Shown here: one piece after another, positions 31,246 to 40,987 of the stretch
How positions within the stretch are numbered: position 1 is the stretch's first letter
How the letters are laid out: every line of letters begins with the position of its first letter
From: Leptonemataceae bacterium
GTDB taxonomy: Bacteria; Spirochaetota; Leptospiria; Leptospirales; Leptonemataceae
Length of the DNA: 64,000 nt
Direction: 5' to 3'
Assembly (NCBI GenBank): GCA_965227295.1
Contig: OZ245742.1
Location: 3,360,001 to 3,424,000 of the forward strand
Notes under the pieces: model-generated
The model's database searches: none
Told to the model about the DNA's origin: nothing
What the model saw: the letters and a program-made list of their open reading frames with translations, nothing else
Position numbers and translations under genes: made by a program

Positions 31246-31730
31246 TAGAGCACCGTGGGGTTTTCAGAGGCATACCAGGCGTAAGTTATGCCAGCTTTAC
31301 AAGTCTTTTCTGATCCTCCGGCAGGCTGCTAAAGACGTCGAAGTATCCTGCGATTTCACGGTGCTGGTCCAGAGTTCGCCATGCGCGGCGAAGATTCGCA
31401 CCGATCAGTGATCCAATGTTTGACGCGTGGATGGCCAGGCATTCGCGTATGCTGGTAGCTTGCTGCTTCGGCTGCGGGTGATTGCAAACATCCACTCGCC
31501 TCCGATTAAGCCGCTCCCTCCGCAAAACGGCGGACAACTCCACGAATGTCCGCCGTTTCGCAGGACGTCGTCCATCAGTCAGAACCATCGTCGCGCACTC
31601 GCCGGACATTCTTTGCGCGGTCCCATCAAACGCCGACCAAATGCTAACTTTTTCTGAACTTTTCTTAGCGAGTTCGTGAATTTCGCGCGATGTTGCTTGA
31701 CGATCTCCCTCGCTGCGCTCTCACGAGTGT

Positions 31731-32693
31731 ATGAATTATATTAATGTTTATGCGAAAAGAATAATTATAATTCAAGTCGGGTTTTGTATGATCGGCATGG
31801 CCGGTTGCCTCGACTTGTTGAAGGGCGGCGGCGGTGACAGTGCAATCGATGCTACCGCGGCGCTGCCGCTTCTATTCCTGGGCGGCTCCGGAGCACAGCC
31901 CCTGGATGTCGACGGGGACGGCATCAGTGACGGCAACGCGTACGACAGCAACGGGGACGGTGTCCTCGACGCCGTCGCGTGGACGTTGACTCCGGGCAGT
32001 GTTTCGGCCTTACTCGATTTGAATGGAGACGGTACCTTCGATGCGATCGACGTAAACGGAGACGGGAGCGGCGAGGCATTCTTGTGCGAGCGCGGCGGTC
32101 TCACAAGCGAAGTCGATTGCGGCGGCTCTCCGCTCAGTGTAATCGCCGGCGGCTTTGATGCGGACGGCGACGGTGTCGTGGACATTAGTTTTCAGAGTTC
32201 CAGTACGACCGATTCGACGACAGACTCCGGCGGCGATTCCGGCGGAACTCCGGCCACTCCCGCGGCGAAGTTCATCTTTGTTACCGACCTGTCCTGGAAC
32301 GGCAACCTCGGCGGTTTGTCCGGCGCCGATGCGAAGTGCAACGCCGACGCGGCGAAACCGGATAGCTCCACCTACAAAGCCCTGGTCTACGGGAACGCCG
32401 CGCTCGCAGCCAGCCAGGAGTACAAACGTACCGACGGCACCGTCGTGTTTACCACGGACGCCTCCGCGAACGTGCCCGCATCCATCGATGTCGCGCTGGA
32501 TACTTCCGCCGTGAAGCGCGCGTGGACGGGGGAGGCGGGGAACGACTGCAACGCCTGGACCACGGCCGGGGCGTTTATGGGTTCCCCCTACGGACGCACC
32601 GGTCGCTCCGATCTCAGCACCACGTCCTGGTTTGCGGCCACGATCGATTCGTGCAACTTTCTGAACTTTCGGCTCTATTGTGTGGCTCAGTAA
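31731..32693 (+). CDS. DUF1554 (Len/endostatin-like) lipoprotein with DxxGDG calcium-binding repeats
   Basis: Lipobox MAGC; five DxxGDG motifs; IFVT..WNGNLGGLSGADAKC, YKAL, WTG, C.AWT, LYCVAQ. Confidence 0.85.
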   Translation: MNYINVYAKRIIIIQVGFCMIGMAGCLDLLKGGGGDSAIDATAALPLLFLGGSGAQPLDVDGDGISDGNAYDSNGDGVLDAVAWTLTPGSVSALLDLNGDGTFDAIDVNGDGSGEAFLCERGGLTSEVDCGGSPLSVIAGGFDADGDGVVDISFQSSSTTDSTTDSGGDSGGTPATPAAKFIFVTDLSWNGNLGGLSGADAKCNADAAKPDSSTYKALVYGNAALAASQEYKRTDGTVVFTTDASANVPASIDVALDTSAVKRAWTGEAGNDCNAWTTAGAFMGSPYGRTGRSDLSTTSWFAATIDSCNFLNFRLYCVAQ

Positions 32694-32710
32694 CTTTTAG
32701 AAAGGCACAT

Positions 32711-33694
32711 CTAAGATTGTTCGTAGTGACAGTAGAGACGTTCCCGGCGATCCATGCGCCGATATACGCAACCGTCGTCCAGGATTTCGGTGTTGCGGTA
32801 AACGCGGCGTTCGTCGCGCCGCAGATAGGCGGGGCAGAAGTCCCGATCCCGACTGCCGCTGCTCGTAAATCCGTTCAGGGATCGCCGGCCCCGGGCGCCG
32901 GGCCGGTAACCGCAGCCGCCCTGGAACACACCGGCTGCCTCCTGCCATTCCGGTTCCCGGCGCAGGCGAACCAGTTCGTAGAGCAGGGTTTCACTCAGTT
33001 CCAGGCGAAAGTCTTCGTCACGGCGGCGTGCAAGTTCCGATAGCATGTGTTCAATCACCGTTGCGCCTTCCTGTTCCGCCGTCCGGCGAAACAGCATGGA
33101 GCGCAGGGTATTGGCGCGTACGGTTTCGATGCCTCTGCCCGTGGGAATCCAGTAGAAGGGCGTTCCTGTGGGGAGTTCGTCCCGGAGCGTTCGCAGTTCT
33201 CGCCGATCGCCCCAGGCATCGCCGGGACGCAGGACCATCATCGCATCGAAGGTGCCTCTGCGTTCGAGGAATACCTGGAGCGCCGGCAGCAGTCGTCGCC
33301 CGTCTACCACGAGTAGCCGTTTACGATAGCCGAGGCGCGCGGCCGCCGCGTCGAAGGCGTCGGCCGGAGCCGGTGGTTCGGCGTTAGCATTGCCGCGGTA
33401 AGTCATGACGTTGTAGCCGCCGGCCTGTAGCTGCGACACAACATCGTCGAGTTCACGGGTTCCGTCTGCGGTGGTGGGCAGATAAAAGAACATGTGGTCC
33501 AGTCCGGGACGGCGCCGCACATAGTAGCCGCTGCTTTCGTTGCCGCTGGTCCGCAGCCATTTTCGCGCATCGCCGGTGTTGCCCGGCTCCGGTGCGGATA
33601 GATCGAGGCAGGCCGGGGCGGTTCCGGCGGCGGCGCAGACGAGCAGCACGAGGATCGCGTGATTAAGTTTTAGACAAAGAAACTTAAGGATCAT
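32711..33694 (-). CDS. Hypothetical exported/lipoprotein
   Basis: Signal peptide; ATGA overlap with the upstream phosphatase; Cys-rich C-terminus. Confidence 0.65.
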   Translation of the reverse strand: MILKFLCLKLNHAILVLLVCAAAGTAPACLDLSAPEPGNTGDARKWLRTSGNESSGYYVRRRPGLDHMFFYLPTTADGTRELDDVVSQLQAGGYNVMTYRGNANAEPPAPADAFDAAAARLGYRKRLLVVDGRRLLPALQVFLERRGTFDAMMVLRPGDAWGDRRELRTLRDELPTGTPFYWIPTGRGIETVRANTLRSMLFRRTAEQEGATVIEHMLSELARRRDEDFRLELSETLLYELVRLRREPEWQEAAGVFQGGCGYRPGARGRRSLNGFTSSGSRDRDFCPAYLRRDERRVYRNTEILDDGCVYRRMDRRERLYCHYEQS

Positions 33695-34989
33695 TTCCGG
33701 CGCACAAGCAGGATGGTCATATCGTCCGGCAGCGGCTCGTCCTCCCGGAAACGGTCGACGGCCTCGCCGAGTCCCCGGTGAATTTCCTGGAGCGGAGCCG
33801 ACTGATGTTCCTGAACGTAGCGCATCATGCGCTCTTCGCCGAAGAGATCCTCGGCGGCGTTCTGGACCTCGCTGTAACCATCGGAAAAAGCCAGCAGCAG
33901 ATCGCCGGGATTCAGTTGCACCTCGCCCTGGCGAAAGGGGATGGGCGCGAGACCCAACACCGGCCCGGTGCGTTCCAGTTCTTCGGACTCACCGTTCGCG
34001 CGAATGACGAAGGGCGGCGGATGTCCGGCCACGACATACTTACACGAACTGCCGTCGGCGGCGATGCGCAGGGCGAAGACCGTAATGAAACGGCCGACGA
34101 CGAGGGTGTCCGTGAGGTGTTCGTTGAGTTTGTTGAAGAGCGTTTCCAGGTCGTCGTCGGTTTGCGATAGAAGATGGTAGCCGGTGTGAAAATCTGAAAC
34201 GATCAGCGCCGCGGGCAGACCCTTGCCGGAGACGTCGGCCAGGACCGCATCCACGCTGCCGTCCGGACGCCGGATGTAGGTGTAATAGTCGCCGCCGACT
34301 TCTTTGGCCGGAGTGGAAGAGCCGTAGATTTCGTAGCCCGCGGGATCGGGAACGCTTTTCGGGAACAGGTTGCTCTGAATTTCGGCGCAGAGTTGCATCT
34401 CGAGATCGAAGGCCTTTTGTTGCAGACGCAGTTGGTGCAACTTCGCGTTCTGAATCGCCAGCGCCGCCTGCCGGGCGAAGCCTTCCACCAGGGCTTCGTC
34501 GTCGCTTTCGAAGGTGAGATTGCCGCGGCGGTTCATGACCTGCACGGTGCCGATGATGGTATCGTCCGCGACGAGCGGGGTGCAGAGATACGCGGTGGTG
34601 GTCTGTCCGAGAGCGTGATCGATTTTTTCGTAGAAACGTTCGTCGTTGTGGATATCGTCCACACGTTCGGTTTTGCCGGTGAGGGCGACGGTGCCGGCCA
34701 CACCCTTGCCCAGGGGCACGGAAAGGTTTTTGAGTTTGTCGAAGTTCGGGTCCGTGCTTTCGAGGAACTCGAGGCGGGTGCCCTCGTCGTTGATGAGCGC
34801 GATCGAGGCGATCTCCGCGTCCAGGAGTTCGCAGGCGGTGACCAGGGTATAGTGGAGAACCCTCTCCAGATCCAGGGAGGAATTCAAGAGCGAGAACGAT
34901 TTCACCAGGGCGCGGAGTCGTCGCAGCTCGGTGACCATCGCGTCCGGCTCCATGCTTTCCGGTGGTTTTTCATTTTCGCGGGTATTCAT
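33691..34989 (-). CDS. GAF + SpoIIE (RsbU-like PP2C) phosphatase
   Basis: GAF domain; EVGGDYY, ADVSGKGLPAAL, AGHPPP, SDG, DDMT. Confidence 0.93.
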   Translation of the reverse strand: MNTRENEKPPESMEPDAMVTELRRLRALVKSFSLLNSSLDLERVLHYTLVTACELLDAEIASIALINDEGTRLEFLESTDPNFDKLKNLSVPLGKGVAGTVALTGKTERVDDIHNDERFYEKIDHALGQTTTAYLCTPLVADDTIIGTVQVMNRRGNLTFESDDEALVEGFARQAALAIQNAKLHQLRLQQKAFDLEMQLCAEIQSNLFPKSVPDPAGYEIYGSSTPAKEVGGDYYTYIRRPDGSVDAVLADVSGKGLPAALIVSDFHTGYHLLSQTDDDLETLFNKLNEHLTDTLVVGRFITVFALRIAADGSSCKYVVAGHPPPFVIRANGESEELERTGPVLGLAPIPFRQGEVQLNPGDLLLAFSDGYSEVQNAAEDLFGEERMMRYVQEHQSAPLQEIHRGLGEAVDRFREDEPLPDDMTILLVRRK

Positions 34990-35639
34990 TCGTTGTCGGT
35001 TCCGCGCAGGGAGGGGGGCACGTAGTAGACTTGCGCCGAGGCCACCTGCACCAGTTCGTGCGTTTCAAGGACGTATGCTGACAGACCACGTCCGTAGACG
35101 CAACCCGAATCCAGGCCGAAAGTACGCTGGCGCAAATTCAAACCCGCCCGGGCCCAGTGGCCGTAGAACACCGGGCGCGCGCCCTCGTAAAAATCGTACC
35201 ACGGCGGATTTTCAGGATCGTTCATGTTTTTACCACTGCCGTCCCAGGTGCGGATGTTCAGGAGCACGCGCGGCTCCGTATCTTTCGGATGGGTATGCGG
35301 CTGCAGGCCGGCGTGCACCGCGAGAAAGGTGTCTTCCTCTATGAACAACGGTCGTTCTTTAATCCAGCGGTGTCGTTCGTCGCCGAGTTCCCGGCGCATC
35401 TTTCCGAAGTGTTCCGAGGTCGGATGATGTTTCAGATACTCGTACTCGTGGTTGCCCATGAGGCACTCGAAACCCTGTTCCATGACGAAGGCCACCGTAC
35501 CCGCGGAGTCCGGACCACGGTTGATGAGATCGCCGAGCATGATCACCCGGTCTTGCGCGGACACGTCCAGGGTGCGGATCATTTCGCGCAGTTCGGCGGA
35601 ACAACCGTGCACGTCACCGATGAAGATCGTACGACTCAT
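34986..35639 (-). CDS. Calcineurin-like metallophosphoesterase (ApaH/PrpE-like)
   Basis: GDVHG, GDLINRGPDS, GNHE, HAG, GHW, LDSGCVYG. Confidence 0.92.
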   Translation of the reverse strand: MSRTIFIGDVHGCSAELREMIRTLDVSAQDRVIMLGDLINRGPDSAGTVAFVMEQGFECLMGNHEYEYLKHHPTSEHFGKMRRELGDERHRWIKERPLFIEEDTFLAVHAGLQPHTHPKDTEPRVLLNIRTWDGSGKNMNDPENPPWYDFYEGARPVFYGHWARAGLNLRQRTFGLDSGCVYGRGLSAYVLETHELVQVASAQVYYVPPSLRGTDNE

Positions 35640-35643
35640 GATC

Positions 35644-36627
35644 CTATATCCAGTCGACCGGATTGCGCAGCACGTTCAGGATTTCTTCTTCGCGCGAACC
35701 CGGTTCCGGTTCGAAGTTGTAGTGCCAGGCCACCAGGGGCGGCAGCGACATGAGGATCGATTCGATGCGTCCGCCGGTGCGCAGCCCGAAGGTCGTGCCG
35801 CGATCGTAGATTAAGTTGAACTCCACGTAACGTCCGCGCTTCCAGAGCTGGAAGTTGCGCTCCCGCTCGCTGTACTCGAGGCCGCTGCGTCGTTCTACGA
35901 TCGGCACGTAACTTTCCAGGAAGTTCCGCCCGGCGTCCCGGCTGAAGGCGAAGACTTCTTCGTGCTGATCGTCCAGGTAATCGTAAAAGATGCCGCCGAT
36001 CCCGCGGGCCTCTCCCCGATGTGCAAGATGAAAGTACTCATCGCACTGCATTTTGAGTGTATCGTAGTCCACCACGTCGCGGTGTCGATCGCAGGCGTGT
36101 TTGTAGGCGCGATGGAACTGTCGCGCGTCCTCCGGATAGAGATAGTGCGGGGTAAGATCGGCACCGCCGCCGAACCAGAGCCGCTCCGGTTCCTCCGCGG
36201 GCCCGCGCCGGATGATGCGAAAGTTCGCGTGCACCGTGGGTACGTGGGGATTGCGCGGATGCAGGACCAGGGAGATACCGCTGGCCCGAAACTCTCGCGA
36301 TTGGCCGGGCATTTGCGCCGCGAATTCCTCGGTGAACGTTCCATGCACGTCGCTCCAGTTCACGCCGCCTTTTTCAAAGATGCGTCCGTCGGCGAGGACC
36401 CGGGTGCGACCGCCGCCGCCGAGTTGCAGTCGAGAACTGCCGTCGCCCTGCCAGAGGTCTTCCTGGAACTGCGCGGGCGCCGTTTGCTCCGAGATGCCGG
36501 CGTCCACTGCCTGGCCGGGAACGTGAATGCCGGCCTCGCGCTCCAATCGCTCCAGCTCCGTCGTGATTTCCTCCTGGAGGTCGCGATAAAATGCGCTTGC
36601 GGTATCGAAAAATTCGTCGAAATTCAT
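35644..36627 (-). CDS. hemF: Oxygen-dependent coproporphyrinogen III oxidase
   Basis: FEKGGVN, HPRNPHVPTVHANFR, WFGGGADLTP, RGRYVEFNLIYDRGT, ESILMSLP. Confidence 0.97.
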   Translation of the reverse strand: MNFDEFFDTASAFYRDLQEEITTELERLEREAGIHVPGQAVDAGISEQTAPAQFQEDLWQGDGSSRLQLGGGGRTRVLADGRIFEKGGVNWSDVHGTFTEEFAAQMPGQSREFRASGISLVLHPRNPHVPTVHANFRIIRRGPAEEPERLWFGGGADLTPHYLYPEDARQFHRAYKHACDRHRDVVDYDTLKMQCDEYFHLAHRGEARGIGGIFYDYLDDQHEEVFAFSRDAGRNFLESYVPIVERRSGLEYSERERNFQLWKRGRYVEFNLIYDRGTTFGLRTGGRIESILMSLPPLVAWHYNFEPEPGSREEEILNVLRNPVDWI

Positions 36628-36634
36628 ATCAGCA

Positions 36635-37996
36635 ATGAAGCGAGATCAAGATCATCATACAGGCGTCGTCTCGAAAACGAAAAATTTTTCAGCAACAACC
36701 CGGCTATTCCGAAACGGACCCTTTGCCGGCGTTCTCATCGCTGCGCTGCTCGGCAGCGCATGTTCAACCGAAATCAGCAACGATCGCGCGGATCGGGAGC
36801 TGCTGGTCAACGAGGCCTTGGCCGCCACACTCTCCTCGACGCCTTTCGTCGCCGTGTATCCGTCTTCGGGTTCCGTGTCCGTCGGCGGTTCGGCGAATCG
36901 CACGTTTTCCTACACGCCGGGCTGTAGCGGCGCGGCCGGCAATACGGCGTACTGGTTTGCGGTAAAACCGGGCAGCGCCACGAAGGTCCTCTTCTATTTT
37001 GCGGACGGCGGCCTCTGTTTCGATGCGAAGAATTGCTTCGGCAACTTTACGAAGACCTACTATCACACCCACGATTTCTACGTGCCGTGGTACATCGATC
37101 TCGAAAAACCAGGCGGCTTTTTTGCCGAGACCTCGGATACTTCCGTGAATCCGCTCGCGGACTGGACGATCGTCTACATGCCCAATTGTACCGGCGACGC
37201 CTTCATGGGCAACAACAGCTCCGCCGCTTATACGAACACCACGACGGGCGTCACGGAGACGATCCGTCACTCCGGCTTCGACAATTTCCTGGCCGGCCTC
37301 GACTACCTGCAGGGCAACTACCCCGGTGCAACCCAGGTCCTGGTGGCCTCGGAGGGTTCCGGGTTGTTCGGGGCGATCCTCGGCTATCCGTACGTCAAAG
37401 AATTCTATTCCAGTTCGGATGTGAATTTCCTGGCGACCTCCTTCGTCGGCGTCCTGGATTCGAATCTGGCCACGAGCATCCGTTCCAACTGGTTGCCGGC
37501 CAACGGGATTCCGACCTGGATCTTCGCGGATGAGGATACCTTCTTTTCGAATTCGATTCCCGGCATGGTCAACACCATCGCCGGCACGTACACCACACAG
37601 CGCTTTGCAATGTACTCCACGGCCTACGATGCGGAGCAGACTTACATCTACAGCCTTTCCCTTGATACAACCGGCACCCCGTACGTGGACTTACCCGGTC
37701 TCTGGGGTTCGCCGGATCTTGTGAGTGATGAGCGCGTGTGTACGTTTAACAGCACCGCGGCGGGTCTCATGAACAACAACACCGGCCAGTCGAACTTTCA
37801 TTACTACTTTGCTCCGGGCGAAACGAGCGGCATCCTGGGAGAGTCGTACTACTCGACGATGTCCTCGAACGGTACGGCCTTTTCGACCTGGGTCACTCAA
37901 TTCCTGAACAACGACTCTGCCTGGACGTCCATCGGCTGCACCGATTGCGGCGTGCCGCTTTCGAACTTCACCGGCACCACGTTGCAGTGTAATTAG
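36635..37996 (+). CDS. Pectinacetylesterase/Notum-family lipoprotein, catalytic residues apparently lost
   Basis: Lipobox GSAC; YF.DGGLC, NPLADWTIVYMPNCTGDAFMG, HSGFDN, YYFAPG. Confidence 0.75.
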   Translation: MKRDQDHHTGVVSKTKNFSATTRLFRNGPFAGVLIAALLGSACSTEISNDRADRELLVNEALAATLSSTPFVAVYPSSGSVSVGGSANRTFSYTPGCSGAAGNTAYWFAVKPGSATKVLFYFADGGLCFDAKNCFGNFTKTYYHTHDFYVPWYIDLEKPGGFFAETSDTSVNPLADWTIVYMPNCTGDAFMGNNSSAAYTNTTTGVTETIRHSGFDNFLAGLDYLQGNYPGATQVLVASEGSGLFGAILGYPYVKEFYSSSDVNFLATSFVGVLDSNLATSIRSNWLPANGIPTWIFADEDTFFSNSIPGMVNTIAGTYTTQRFAMYSTAYDAEQTYIYSLSLDTTGTPYVDLPGLWGSPDLVSDERVCTFNSTAAGLMNNNTGQSNFHYYFAPGETSGILGESYYSTMSSNGTAFSTWVTQFLNNDSAWTSIGCTDCGVPLSNFTGTTLQCN

Positions 37997-38167
37997 ACTC
38001 CGAGGACCGAGGGACCGAGGTTGGTGTGGAGAGCTATCGTGATGAGCCTGTGTTCATGCTATGAATGCATCCAACTCTTTGATTAGAGAACCCTGGCATT
38101 CATAGCTCGCAAGCATTCAGACCGAAATAACCCTCCGAAAAACCTCGGTACCTCGGTCCTCGGAGTC
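37996..38167. repeat. REP/MITE-like family A full copy (172 bp, 27-bp TIR with 1 mismatch)
   Basis: GACTCCGAGGACCGAGGGACCGAGGTT versus AACCTCGGTACCTCGGTCCTCGGAGTC; lies between convergent genes. Confidence 0.85.
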
Positions 38168-38177
38168 CAAATCAATC

Positions 38178-39257
38178 TCACACCACCACAATCGAAGTCG
38201 CCGCCCGCCGCAAACGATCGTTGATGGCCCGGCCGAGGCCGGACTCCGGTAACGTCTCGGCCACGATCAAACCGTACTCACCGTCGTCGATGCGTTCGAA
38301 AAAAGAGAACAGGTTACGCGCGGCCTCGAGCAGATCGTGATCCGGCGATAGATTGAACGCCGCCGCGCAGTATTCCGGCACGGACCGGCTGCCGTAACCG
38401 AGGTATGCGACGGCATTGCGGCCGGGATTGAGCCGGTCCACCGCCGCTTCAATGCGCTCGCGTTCTTCACCGCCCGTACCGGCGTCGCCGGAGATTAAGA
38501 GCAGGGGCACGCCGGGAGCGTAGTGCGAGGACAACTGTCCCGGTGATTCGATGGTTTCGAAGATGGCGCCCGCCGCCTCACTGCGATCGCCGGTATCGCC
38601 GGCGGCTTCCTGTCTTTCGATGACGTCAAAGCCCCGGGCCCGGAGGACTTCCTCGGTCACACCACCGGGGCGCAGAATTTCCAGGCGCGCGCCGTCGCGC
38701 ACGGCCACCACCGTGGACTCCACGCCGATCTCGCAGGGACCGCCGTCGAGAACACCGGCCACGGCATCGCCGAGATCGTGCAGCGCCATGGCCGCCGTCG
38801 TCGGCGAGCGCCGGCCGAAACGATTCGCGGAAGGGGCCGCTAAGGGGCGATCACAAGAAGTTAGCAATTCGTTGAGCAGCGGGTGCCGCGGGACGCGAAA
38901 GCCGCACAGCGGCGAACCCGCGGTGACGATGCCGGGAATACGGCCTTCGTGCGGAAGCAGTACGGTGAGCGGGCCGGGCCAGAATTCCGCCAGGCGTTCG
39001 GCGATATCCGAGTGTCGCGCGTAACGAAAGACGGCGTCGGCGTCGGGCAGATGGCAGATGATGGGATTGAACCGCGGCCGGCCCTTGGCTTCGAAGATGT
39101 GCGCGACGGCGTCCTCGTTCAGCGCGTCGGCGGCCAGGCCGTAGACCGTTTCGGTGGGCACGATGACGAGCCGGCCCGCGCGAATGCACTGTGCGGCCTG
39201 GCGCACGCTGAGTTGTGGATCGGTGCGGCTCACGTTCGTCCACCGATGCAGCAGCAC
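38178..39257 (-). CDS. sua5: L-threonylcarbamoyladenylate synthase (Sua5 type)
   Basis: PTETVYGL, KGRP.FNPIICH, WPGPLT, APSAN, GVEST, SPGQLSSHYAP, C-terminal SUA5 domain. Confidence 0.93.
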   Translation of the reverse strand: MLLHRWTNVSRTDPQLSVRQAAQCIRAGRLVIVPTETVYGLAADALNEDAVAHIFEAKGRPRFNPIICHLPDADAVFRYARHSDIAERLAEFWPGPLTVLLPHEGRIPGIVTAGSPLCGFRVPRHPLLNELLTSCDRPLAAPSANRFGRRSPTTAAMALHDLGDAVAGVLDGGPCEIGVESTVVAVRDGARLEILRPGGVTEEVLRARGFDVIERQEAAGDTGDRSEAAGAIFETIESPGQLSSHYAPGVPLLLISGDAGTGGEERERIEAAVDRLNPGRNAVAYLGYGSRSVPEYCAAAFNLSPDHDLLEAARNLFSFFERIDDGEYGLIVAETLPESGLGRAINDRLRRAATSIVVV

Positions 39258-39258
39258 G

Positions 39259-40488
39259 TTATTCCGGCAACATGACGGCCTGGAGCATGGGGCCGCTCAG
39301 GGTCCGTCGTGCTTGTTCGAGTACGTCGTCGACCGTGATGGAATCGATTTCGCGGAGGGCCTTCGAGACGGGGTTCTCCGTTTCGCCGCGCAGAAAGGGG
39401 ACACTGATCATGCTGCCCATTCCGTTGGAGGTCTCCGACTTCGCCGCGATCGAAGTACGCAGCGATGCCTTGCCGCGTTCCAGGCGGTCGACGCCCAGGG
39501 GCGTGTCGCAGATCCGTTCGATTTGTTGCAGGACTTCTTTGTGCAGATCGTCGAGTTCGTTCGGCGCGATGCCGCAGGCAATGCCGAGAACCGCGAAGGG
39601 ATTGTTGCGCATGACGAACGAATAGATGCCGTAGCAGGACATGCCCAGTTCTTCGCGCACGCGCTCGAAGAGCAGCGCCGAATCGTTGCCGCCGAGCAGG
39701 TAACACATCATGTCTTCTTTGTAGCGATCCGGATGCATGGGCGGCAGGGCCGGAAAATACAACTGGTAATAAGCTTCCTGAATACCCGGCTTCGTGAGCT
39801 GGATTTTTCCCGCGCTGACGTCCGCGCTGCGCGTCGGCGGTGCCTCGGTGGCCGGCGTCGGTCCGAAGAGGTCTTTGACGATGCGATGGACGGTCTCCTC
39901 GTCCACGCCGCCGGTGATGCTGATCATCATGTTGTTGCCGCCGTAGTAGCGATCCTTGAAGGCATGCATGCCCTCGACGGTGGCGCCGCGGATCGTTTCC
40001 TCGGTACCGATGATGGGATGATAAACATCGCCGAAGAACTTTTCCAGCGAACGTTCGCCGAGAAAGGAGTCCGGATCGTCCTCGCGTTCGCGGTACTCGC
40101 TCAGGATGGGATTCAGTTCTTTGGCGAACTCGTCCGGGGGAAACAGAGGATTGCGGTACATGTCCGCGAGAATGTCGAAGCCGAGGGAGAAGTGATCGTT
40201 CAGCACGGTGATGTAGTAGACCGTGTGATCGTACGTGGTGTAGGCGTTCAGTTTGCCGCCGATGTCGTTGGCCGCGCGGGAGATGCCCGTGCCCGTGGGA
40301 CGTTTCTTCGAGCCCTTGAAGAACATGTGTTCGAGGATATGGGCCATGCCCATGTTGCTCTTTTCCTCCGCCGCGGAGCCGACGTTCGTGAGGATTTGAA
40401 TGTTCGTTAAGAAGCTTTCGTTGTGATAGTGCAGCACACGCACGCCGTTGATTTCGTAGAGCTGCGGGTCTTTCGTCGCGACAATCAT
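39259..40488 (-). CDS. M16-family zinc peptidase
   Basis: HILEHMFFKG, LNAYT, LFERVREELG. Confidence 0.93.
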   Translation of the reverse strand: MIVATKDPQLYEINGVRVLHYHNESFLTNIQILTNVGSAAEEKSNMGMAHILEHMFFKGSKKRPTGTGISRAANDIGGKLNAYTTYDHTVYYITVLNDHFSLGFDILADMYRNPLFPPDEFAKELNPILSEYREREDDPDSFLGERSLEKFFGDVYHPIIGTEETIRGATVEGMHAFKDRYYGGNNMMISITGGVDEETVHRIVKDLFGPTPATEAPPTRSADVSAGKIQLTKPGIQEAYYQLYFPALPPMHPDRYKEDMMCYLLGGNDSALLFERVREELGMSCYGIYSFVMRNNPFAVLGIACGIAPNELDDLHKEVLQQIERICDTPLGVDRLERGKASLRTSIAAKSETSNGMGSMISVPFLRGETENPVSKALREIDSITVDDVLEQARRTLSGPMLQAVMLPE

Positions 40489-40603
40489 AGAGAGTCAGGA
40501 TAGCGAGACCGGCCCGCGGCGTCATGCAGGAATCGACGGTTTTTCCGGGCGCGACGAGCGCGAGAGAGCTTGCGTGACGGCCGTCGCGAAAAATTCTGAC
40601 GGC

Positions 40604-40987
40604 ATGGACTCACGCATCTTTCTCGTTCTGGCCGGCCTCAGCGGGGCCTGCGCCGTCGCCCTCGGAGCCTACGGCGCCCACGCCGTCGGCCGTGGTTCGG
40701 AGTTGTATCCGATCTTCAGCACCGCGTCATCGTATCACTTTTATCATACGATTGCGCTCGTTGCTGCGGCGCTGCTGCTCGACCGGTTAAACGGTTCCTG
40801 GGCGCGCCGCTTTCTGCTCGCGGCGGCCGTGTTGTTTGTCGTGGGCATTGTGCTGTTCGCGGGTTCGCTGTATGTAAACGCGCTCTCCGGCGGCGAATCA
40901 TCCACCCGCTTCGCGCCGATCGGCGGGACCTCGTTCATTGTGGGTTGGTTGTGTTTGGCGATTGCGGGAGCTTTGAAGAGGTCATAA
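40604..40987 (+). CDS. DUF423 family membrane protein
   Basis: ALGAYGAH, YHFYH, GIVLFAGSLY, PIGG.SFIVGW. Confidence 0.9.
   Translation: MDSRIFLVLAGLSGACAVALGAYGAHAVGRGSELYPIFSTASSYHFYHTIALVAAALLLDRLNGSWARRFLLAAAVLFVVGIVLFAGSLYVNALSGGESSTRFAPIGGTSFIVGWLCLAIAGALKRS

Noticed and set aside
31269..31292. attC-like palindrome GGCATA...TATGCC upstream of the HEPN-like gene
   Set aside because: Too short, lacks L boxes, and there is no second site or integrase.
31286..31609. 107-aa ORF as an MNT antitoxin partner of the HEPN-like gene
   Set aside because: No GS...DxD motif, and the N-terminal half runs through a hairpin; treated as a possible relic only.
24665..38167. CCGAGG repeats as a CRISPR array or IS ends
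   Set aside because: They are inverted and dispersed, with no repeat-spacer array, no cas genes and no transposase between the ends.
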